DNA from: Promethearchaeota archaeon | GTDB taxonomy: Archaea; Asgardarchaeota; Lokiarchaeia; Sigyniarchaeales; SOKP01 | NCBI GenBank assembly: GCA_019057865.1 | Contig: JAHLWP010000005.1 | Span: 64,001 to 128,000, forward strand | Direction of reading: 5' to 3' | DNA: 64,000 bases | Part shown: one piece after another, positions 57,622 through 64,000 of the stretch | Layout of the letters: each line of letters starts with the position of its first letter | Position numbering within the stretch: position 1 is the first letter of the stretch | Translations under genes and position numbers: made by a program | Notes under the pieces: model-generated | The model's input: only the letters and a program-made list of their open reading frames with translations | What the model was told of the DNA's origin: nothing | Database searches by the model: none

Positions 57622-57823
57622 GATTTACTATTATAATGAAATGCAAAAAAATATCCACTAAATTTTTCCTTAAATCATCTTTTCTAACAATATTTAAGTA
57701 ATTGTAGAGGGCAAAAACTTAAAATAAATCAAAAAATAACAAGCTCTTGTCGTTTTTGTCGATGAGAATTATTTTTAAATTAATAAGAATTAATAAAAAT
57801 ATATACAACCTCTTTTTTCATAA

Positions 57824-58093
57824 ATGGATCGTCAAGAATTTCAAGTAGAAATAACATTAATGAATAAACCAGCAGCTAGAGATCCAGTTGGCGAAACTAT
57901 TCAAAAAGACCTTTTGGCTAAAAAAGGGTATGATATAGTATTTAATGTTCGTTCAGGACAATTTTTGCAAATTAATCTTAAAGCTGCTGATGAGAATGAA
58001 GCTAAAAAAATTGTAGAAAAAATGTGTAATGATCTACGAATTTTCAATCCAGTTACACAAAACCTAACTATTTTAAAAGTATCGAAATCATGA
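57824..58093 (+). CDS. purS: FGAM synthase subunit PurS
   Basis: KPAARDPVGETI, VRSG, MCNDLRIFNPV; directly upstream of purQ and purL. Confidence 0.92.
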   Translation: MDRQEFQVEITLMNKPAARDPVGETIQKDLLAKKGYDIVFNVRSGQFLQINLKAADENEAKKIVEKMCNDLRIFNPVTQNLTILKVSKS

Positions 58094-58803
58094 CTGTTAA
58101 AATAGCTGTAATTCAGTTTGCTGGAAGCAATTGTGATTTAGATACGATACATATTTTAAACAATGTTGTTGATGATATCGAAGCAGATTTAGTCTGGCAT
58201 AATCTTTTTAAGGAAACTAAATATGATGGAGTAATTTTACCTGGAGGATTTGCGTTTGGAGATTATTTAAGAGCAGGAATTATTGCTGCCCATAGTCCTG
58301 CAATTGACGAGGCAAGAGTGATGTTAGATGATGGAAGACCTGTAATAGGTATTTGTAATGGATTTCAGATATTAACAGAAGCTCAGTTCCTTCCAGGTGC
58401 TTTATTAAGAAATGATTCTTTAAAATTTATTTGCAAATGGGTAAATCTAAAAGTAGAAAACAATTCAACAGCATTGTCCAATAAAATGAATATAAATGAT
58501 GTTCTTGCCATACCTATTGCCCATGCAGAAGGGCGATATTATACTGATAATTTAAAAGAATTAGAAGAAAATAACCAGATTGTTTTTAGATACTCTACTG
58601 AACAAGGAAAATTAACTAAAGATGCAAACCCTAATGGATCCTTAGAAAATATTGCGGGGATTTGTAATTTAGAACAAAATTGTGTTGGTTTTATGCCTCA
58701 TCCAGAACGTGCGTCAGAAGCCATTCTAAGTCCAAAAAAAACAACTCATGGAAAACTTTTTTTTGATTCTATAGTTGAATTTATAAAGCGGAGGGTGTCT
58801 TAA
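58090..58803 (+). CDS. purQ: FGAM synthase glutaminase subunit PurQ
   Basis: FAGSNCD, PGGFAFGDYLRAG, GICNGFQ, NPNGS, MPHPER. Confidence 0.96.
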   Translation: MTVKIAVIQFAGSNCDLDTIHILNNVVDDIEADLVWHNLFKETKYDGVILPGGFAFGDYLRAGIIAAHSPAIDEARVMLDDGRPVIGICNGFQILTEAQFLPGALLRNDSLKFICKWVNLKVENNSTALSNKMNINDVLAIPIAHAEGRYYTDNLKELEENNQIVFRYSTEQGKLTKDANPNGSLENIAGICNLEQNCVGFMPHPERASEAILSPKKTTHGKLFFDSIVEFIKRRVS

Positions 58804-61049
58804 TGACAAGGGTAATTCTTAATGGAGAAGAAGTAGACATAGAGATGAATAAGGGAGATTTCGAAAAAGTAAAAGAGTTATTAGATAAAGAGCCAAATAT
58901 TACTGAATTGGGCATGTTTGATATTATGTGGAGTGAACATTGTTCTTACAAATCATCTCGCCCAAAATTAAAAAATTTTGAAGATGCTGAAGAAAATTAT
59001 GATTATGTGCTAGCTGGTCCTGGCCAAGATGCGGGGGTTATAGACATTGGAGATGGTTATGCTTTAGCATTTCGAATTGAATCTCATAATCATCCTTCTG
59101 CAATTGAACCATATCATGGAGCTGCTACAGGAATTGGTGGGATAATAAGAGATATACTATGTATGGGTGTTAGACCAATAGCATTATTGGACCCTTTAAG
59201 ATTTGGTCCACTAAAAAACAATCCCCACTCTCAATGGCTATTTAAATATGTTGTAAAAGGGATTGCTGATTATGGCAACTGTACAGGAATCCCGACTATT
59301 GGGGGTGAAGTAGAATTTGATGAGAGTTTTGAGAGTAATTGTTTAGTAAATGTTGCCTGTATTGGATTAGGGACAATCGAAGATTTTAAGCATGCTCCAA
59401 GCAGAGCATACAACCCTGGTGATTATGTAATCCTTATGGGAGGATCTACAGGTAGAGACGGAATTCATGGAGTAACATTTGCTTCTCGCACACTAACAGA
59501 GATGTCCGAAGCAGATAGACCAGCAGTCCAAATTGGTGATCCGTTTACTAAAAAAATGATTATTGAAGCAACTTTAGAAGCGATAAAAACAGGATATGTA
59601 AGAGGTTTAAAAGATCTTGGTGGGGGCGGACTTACCTGTGCAACAAGTGAATTAACTGGTGATGGAAATACTGGAGCAAAAGTAGATTTAAGAAAAGTTT
59701 TTACTAGAGAACCAGGAATGAATTCTTATGAAATTATGCTTTCTGAATCACAGGAACGAATGGCTTTCGTAGTTAAACCTGAGGGATTAGAGACTGTTCT
59801 TGATGTATTTAGAAAATATGAAATGAATTTTGCTGTAATTGGTAGAACAGACGATTCAAAAATTCTCAAAGTATATGATGGAGATAATCTTGCTGTAAGT
59901 ATACCTTCCAAGGCACTTTCCGAATCACCTACTTTTAAAAGGGAAGAAAAACGACCAGACTACTTAGATGAATTACTCTCCCAGAAAACTCCTAAATCAA
60001 TTTTAGGTTTAGATGAAATAATTTATACGTTAATTGCTTCAGAAAATATTTGTAGCAAGGAATGGGTCTATAGGCAATATGATCATGAAGTTGGAATTAG
60101 ATCAGTTGTAAAATGTGGTGAGGGAGATTCAGGAGTTCTCAGAATAATTGGTACAGATAAATTCATAGCTGCAAGTGTCGGTGTAAATTCGAAGCAATGT
60201 TTTTTGGATCCATATGAAGGTGCCAAAGGAGGGTTAGTTGAAGTATGTGGAAATATAATTGCAGATGGGGCAAAGCCAATGGCAATGGTAAACTGTTGTA
60301 ACTTTGGAAATCCTGAAATACCTGAATCATTTTGGTATTTTTCTCAAGCTGTTGATGGAATGAATGATTTTTGTAGAGACTTGAGGATTCCAATAATAGG
60401 TGGAAATGTTTCTTTCTATAACGAGGACGAAGTAAAGAAAACCGCAATTAAAGCAACACCGATGATAATGATCGTTGGAGTAATAGAGGGTGAAGACAAG
60501 ATTATTACTCTACCATTCAAAAAAGCGGGTAATGATTTGTTTCTAATTGGTGAAACTGCAGCAGAATTAGGAGGATCTGAATATCACTCTGTAATTTATA
60601 ATCTAGAAGGTGGTATACCTCCTAAGGTAAATGATAAAAAAGTAAAAGCAACTTGGGATTTCCTTTTTGATTTATATAAAAATGACCTTGTAAAAGCAAA
60701 TCATGATGTAAATAAAGGTGGGTTCATCATTACAATAGCTGAAATGTGCTTTAAGAATAATTTGGGAGCTGAACTGAAACTAAAAGGATGTTATGATGAA
60801 AATTTAAGAGATGATGAATTTCTATTTAGTGAATCTGTTGGGAGATTTATTATTGAAACCGACCCTAAAGATTATAAGATCATAATTAAGAAAGCAGAAA
60901 AGTTCGGTGTAGATTTAAAGAAAATTGGTGTTTTAATTCCAAAACCAGAAATTATTATTAAGGGTTTGAAGTTAAAAGATTTAAAACTCGATGTTAAAAA
61001 ACTGAAAAATTTATATGACTCAACCATCCCTAACTTAATGGAAATTTAA
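58803..61049 (+). CDS. purL: FGAM synthase subunit PurL
   Basis: MWSEHCSYKSS, ESHNHPS, GAATGIGG, DLGGGG, SESQERM, QYDHEV, GGNVSFYN. Confidence 0.97.
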   Translation: MTRVILNGEEVDIEMNKGDFEKVKELLDKEPNITELGMFDIMWSEHCSYKSSRPKLKNFEDAEENYDYVLAGPGQDAGVIDIGDGYALAFRIESHNHPSAIEPYHGAATGIGGIIRDILCMGVRPIALLDPLRFGPLKNNPHSQWLFKYVVKGIADYGNCTGIPTIGGEVEFDESFESNCLVNVACIGLGTIEDFKHAPSRAYNPGDYVILMGGSTGRDGIHGVTFASRTLTEMSEADRPAVQIGDPFTKKMIIEATLEAIKTGYVRGLKDLGGGGLTCATSELTGDGNTGAKVDLRKVFTREPGMNSYEIMLSESQERMAFVVKPEGLETVLDVFRKYEMNFAVIGRTDDSKILKVYDGDNLAVSIPSKALSESPTFKREEKRPDYLDELLSQKTPKSILGLDEIIYTLIASENICSKEWVYRQYDHEVGIRSVVKCGEGDSGVLRIIGTDKFIAASVGVNSKQCFLDPYEGAKGGLVEVCGNIIADGAKPMAMVNCCNFGNPEIPESFWYFSQAVDGMNDFCRDLRIPIIGGNVSFYNEDEVKKTAIKATPMIMIVGVIEGEDKIITLPFKKAGNDLFLIGETAAELGGSEYHSVIYNLEGGIPPKVNDKKVKATWDFLFDLYKNDLVKANHDVNKGGFIITIAEMCFKNNLGAELKLKGCYDENLRDDEFLFSESVGRFIIETDPKDYKIIIKKAEKFGVDLKKIGVLIPKPEIIIKGLKLKDLKLDVKKLKNLYDSTIPNLMEI

Positions 61050-61061
61050 AATCATAGCTGA

Positions 61062-61139
61062 GGTCATATTATCTACCAACAAAATTATATAATTTGTGGT
61101 GAGGATGCATTAATAAAATTTTGGACTTTAGACAATTAG
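61062..61139 (+). pseudogene. Possible WD40-repeat gene remnant
   Basis: A start-less frame reads GHIIYQQNYIICGEDALIKFWTLDN*, resembling the end of a WD40 blade (xGxDxxIKxW). Confidence 0.3.
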
Positions 61140-61269
61140 ATTTAATGAAGACAATTAATAAACACTAATAATTGCATCTACTTTTTTTTTTAAAACCATA
61201 AATTTGAAATATTTTCATAATTTTATATAATAAAAGTAGCTTAAAAATAGGATATTAGGTATCTTTATA

Positions 61270-61464
61270 ATGGTTCGTTGTAGGGCATGTATTAAATGTA
61301 GACAATATATCGTTATCCACCCAGATAATCCTATCAATCAGCTTGAGATAAAAAGGTTTGAAAAGAAACACTTACGCCATACGATTATGACAGTAGATCT
61401 CAATGAAATAAAAGGAATCTATGATCCCTTTAAAAATAATGGAGCAGAAAAAACCTCTTTATGA
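61270..61464 (+). CDS. Small Cys/His zinc-binding protein
   Basis: 64 aa with CRACIKC ... HLRH, and an AGGT SD-like site upstream. Confidence 0.7.
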   Translation: MVRCRACIKCRQYIVIHPDNPINQLEIKRFEKKHLRHTIMTVDLNEIKGIYDPFKNNGAEKTSL

Positions 61465-61536
61465 ATTAAATTATTAAAAAGTAATAAAAAAGAAAAAAAG
61501 ATTTAATTTAATTATAATTTTACTAATTCTATTTAA

Positions 61537-63033
61537 TTATTGCTCAATTTTAGTACCGCACCACTTACAGAATTTATCTTTCTCCAGAAACTTGCTTCCA
61601 CAATAGGAACATGTTTTTGACATTGCTGGTGTAGTAACTGAAGGAGTACCAAGTTGCCTTCCTTGTATTTTACCCCCACAATTTGGACAGAATTGGGCAT
61701 CTGGTGAATGAGTTGTACCACAACGAATACATTTATAAGTAGGGGGGGGTGCTTTTTGAGTAGGAGTTGTTGGAGTTAAAGGTTTAGTGGGCATTGAAGG
61801 TTCGGTTGGTGCTGCAGGTTTAGGAGGGGCTTTACTTTTCAATTTTTTTTGACCTTTTCTAGCAATAACAGCAGCTATTATTAATATGACAACTATAACT
61901 GTGATAATTATCAATATTGGGCTAACTTCTAACCATCTATCAATTGATGTTATACCAGTATCATAACTTACATCAAAAGTGATTAAAGTAGATTCTTCTG
62001 GAGAATTCAAAGGATCAAAGTAAATGAAAAAATACCAATTTCCCGAATTGGGAACTTGTCTTGTTTGTTGAGGAATAAAATCAGTATCTAATACATAAAA
62101 TTCAGTTCCAGTAAAGTCTACAATATTAGTAGCAGTATAATTAACTGTAAAATCTACGTCGACGGATGAAATCCCATCATTATACCATACTACATAGTAA
62201 TCCTTTGCTTCATTAATAACAAGGTCTCCCGTACCCTGATTACTATTTGCTTCCTCTACATAAAATGAAGGTGAACCTCCTTGATTCCAAATATAAAGAT
62301 CATAACCATCACCTATGAAAAAGTCAATCAAATCAGTTGAATTATAATCGTACTCTATTACCGATTCTGGTCTTAAAAATAATTGGAGATAATGATATTC
62401 ATCACTCAAAAGACTTTCCGGACCTACTTCACTTCCATTTAATATAGTTGTCGGTAAGTATTCAAAAGGACGATCCCAGATAGCAAAACTAATATTAGCT
62501 GGTGATGATTGAATAGAGAAGGTGATATTATTACCTGCTTCAATATTTTCATATTCATACCAGAATTCATTAAAATATAAGGTTTCTGTGGAACGATAAT
62601 TCACATTTCCATTGACATCAGCTTCACTAAAAGGGAATAACATAGCCACGCCAAAAGCAGGTAATAAAATCAATGCCATCAAAATTAAAAAGACTATACC
62701 TCCACCAATATACATAGGAGAGTAATACCAAGGTCGATAATAGTGACCAGCCCACCATGGTGAGTACCACCACCTATAATACCAAGGTCGATGATACCAC
62801 CACCAAGGTCGATAATAATATCGACGTGGTCTATACATTGTGTGTGAATAAGGACCTCTTGGAGATCGAGAAACTATTCTTGTTGCACCAGTTCGCCCGA
62901 ATGGTCTTCCACTTGTTCGAACATTTCCCATACGAAAACTGCCAGGTCCACCTCGAAATCCCCCACCTCGAAGCCCACCTCCGCGAAATCCACCTCCACG
63001 GAATCCCCCACGAAATCCTCCACCACGGGGCAT
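61537..63033 (-). CDS. Two-TM membrane protein: N-terminal RGG repeats and R/Y/W-rich region, acidic beta-rich external domain, Pro-rich linker, double zinc ribbon
   Basis: RGGGF-type repeats x6, RPW[WY] repeats, two hydrophobic helices, C-terminal CIRC/CPNC and CSYC/CKWC. GAGGTGA SD upstream. Confidence 0.85.
   Translation of the reverse strand: MPRGGGFRGGFRGGGFRGGGLRGGGFRGGPGSFRMGNVRTSGRPFGRTGATRIVSRSPRGPYSHTMYRPRRYYYRPWWWYHRPWYYRWWYSPWWAGHYYRPWYYSPMYIGGGIVFLILMALILLPAFGVAMLFPFSEADVNGNVNYRSTETLYFNEFWYEYENIEAGNNITFSIQSSPANISFAIWDRPFEYLPTTILNGSEVGPESLLSDEYHYLQLFLRPESVIEYDYNSTDLIDFFIGDGYDLYIWNQGGSPSFYVEEANSNQGTGDLVINEAKDYYVVWYNDGISSVDVDFTVNYTATNIVDFTGTEFYVLDTDFIPQQTRQVPNSGNWYFFIYFDPLNSPEESTLITFDVSYDTGITSIDRWLEVSPILIIITVIVVILIIAAVIARKGQKKLKSKAPPKPAAPTEPSMPTKPLTPTTPTQKAPPPTYKCIRCGTTHSPDAQFCPNCGGKIQGRQLGTPSVTTPAMSKTCSYCGSKFLEKDKFCKWCGTKIEQ
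62935..63027 (-). repeat. Coding tandem repeat (12-15 bp units) encoding RGG(G)F
   Basis: RGGGF RGGF RGGGF RGGGL RGGGF RGGPGSF, with varied synonymous codons; locally GC-rich. Confidence 0.9.
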
Positions 63034-63034
63034 T

Positions 63035-64000
63035 TTATTCTTTCACCTCTCTTATTCCAGATTGCGGAATTTCTTTTTCACAGAAAATGTAATCACGGTA
63101 TATAGCTCCTAGAATCAAAAGCATTGAAATAATGGAAATTGTTAGACCTACAGGGTCAATTGTTATATCAACAGCTGGTTCGGCAGTTGCAAATCCAATA
63201 CCAAAAAGGATCCACTCAAGAACCATAAAGAAAAGAACTAATCCAGGAATTATGTATTGTATAACTCGTCCTGTTCGATAATTTCTAACATTAGCAAAAC
63301 TGGCATAGATTAACGAAAATAAACCAATTATGCCAAAAATTAGTAATAAAACACTATTAACCACTAAAAATCCCCATATAACACCATGTCCTGATATCAG
63401 ATCTGTAAAAGGTACGAAAAAGTTTACTCCACGTGCTTCAAAGAAATGAAATGTAACTTCTCCTCCTCTTAAATCCATACCCAAGAAGCTCAAAAGATCT
63501 GTTAGATCTGCTGTAAAATAACTAAACACTCCCACTAAAGGTAATATAATTCCTAAAACAAATGCTATTATCGCACATGCACTAGCAAACCAAAATTCGG
63601 CTACTTTTGTATTTCGTACCGGTATTAATCCAATTTCATCCACAATTTTATCAGGAATATAACTCCAACAATCTTGAATAGTAGCAACTCCAATAAGCTT
63701 TTCTTTTTCAACTACTGGAACAACATTAACATATAAGTCACGCATTCTTATAAATGCCTCTTCGACAGGAGTATCTAATGAAACTGGAGTGATTGTATAC
63801 ATTGTTGACACAACTCTCTCAGTTTTCGAGTCTGATCCTTCTGCTACAACATTTTTTACTATGTCAAAATCAGCTATAACTCCAATTACTTTTTGTGTTT
63901 CCCCTTCTATTACTACTAAGTCTGGTACCCCCAATTCCTTCATTTTTTTAGCGGCATCTTGAATTGTTGCATTCGAATCAATTGTACCATATTCATCATC
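63035..64000 (-). CDS. CBS-domain pair fused to a ~4-TM membrane domain (5' end outside the window)
   Basis: The frame is open to base 64000 (DDEYGTIDSNATIQDAAKKM...). CBS motifs LVV...VIGVIADFDI and VPVV...LIGVATIQD, then four hydrophobic segments. Confidence 0.85.
   Translation of the reverse strand, partial: DDEYGTIDSNATIQDAAKKMKELGVPDLVVIEGETQKVIGVIADFDIVKNVVAEGSDSKTERVVSTMYTITPVSLDTPVEEAFIRMRDLYVNVVPVVEKEKLIGVATIQDCWSYIPDKIVDEIGLIPVRNTKVAEFWFASACAIIAFVLGIILPLVGVFSYFTADLTDLLSFLGMDLRGGEVTFHFFEARGVNFFVPFTDLISGHGVIWGFLVVNSVLLLIFGIIGLFSLIYASFANVRNYRTGRVIQYIIPGLVLFFMVLEWILFGIGFATAEPAVDITIDPVGLTISIISMLLILGAIYRDYIFCEKEIPQSGIREVKE

Noticed and set aside
62720-63027. GC-rich short repeats as a CRISPR array or non-coding repeat
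   Set aside because: The units are in-frame codon repeats (RGGGF, RPW) with synonymous variation and no spacers, and no cas genes are present.
2778-63092. Short overlapping ORFs in the track (2778, 4169, 7428, 7651, 8190, 11206, 16219, 19228, 23726, 25039, 26671, 27085, 28420, 28656, 33085, 33288, 35108, 36320, 38734, 42056, 43383, 43999, 44702, 52444, 52747, 53337, 59726, 60163, 61533, 62757)
   Set aside because: All overlap well-supported genes, antisense or off-frame, and show no motifs.
1-64000. Prophage, transposon, rRNA or defence island
   Set aside because: No integrase, transposase, capsid, terminal inverted repeats or rRNA-like GC-rich tract was seen. The intein is the only clear mobile element.

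Overview
AT-rich archaeal chromosomal segment. Gene content and style point to an Asgard archaeon, most likely Lokiarchaeia/Promethearchaeota (inference): RadA, tRNA-splicing endonuclease, MEMO1, A/V-type ATPase, a small Arf-like GTPase with an N-terminal extension, several C-terminal zinc-ribbon proteins, and GGTGA-type Shine-Dalgarno sites. In order the window holds: (1) a minus-strand trio of a V4R/Bet3-like protein (partial), an extended Arf-like GTPase and a repeat/zinc-ribbon protein; (2) a membrane-anchored protein with two M23 peptidase domains; (3) a sugar-nucleotide/alpha-glucan cluster (GalT-like, NDP-sugar pyrophosphorylase, GH57 branching enzyme, degenerate phosphomutase); (4) radA, OsmC, PfkB kinase, MEMO1, endA and class I FBPase; (5) a complete A/V-ATPase operon in the order K-C-H-F-E-A-B-D-I, with a 540-aa LAGLIDADG intein in subunit A; (6) DUF47 and two VIT1/CCC1 paralogs; (7) 2-hydroxyacyl-CoA dehydratase genes with a duplicated subunit; (8) a GT4/GH130 cassette, GH13 and glmS/nagB/glmM; (9) an AGPS-like FAD oxidoreductase + CCG Fe-S protein + FGGY kinase operon; (10) purC/S/Q/L; (11) an RGG-repeat membrane protein preceded by a CBS-TM protein. 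I saw no rRNA, tRNA, CRISPR array or transposase. The most notable observations are the candidate GTPase/V4R(TRAPP-like) module, the double-M23 peptidase, four genes that appear to start at ATC/ATT/ATA at the normal SD distance, the RGG membrane protein, the AGPS-like operon and a CHMP1/Did2-like segment in an orphan protein. All calls come from reading motifs by eye; no searches were run.
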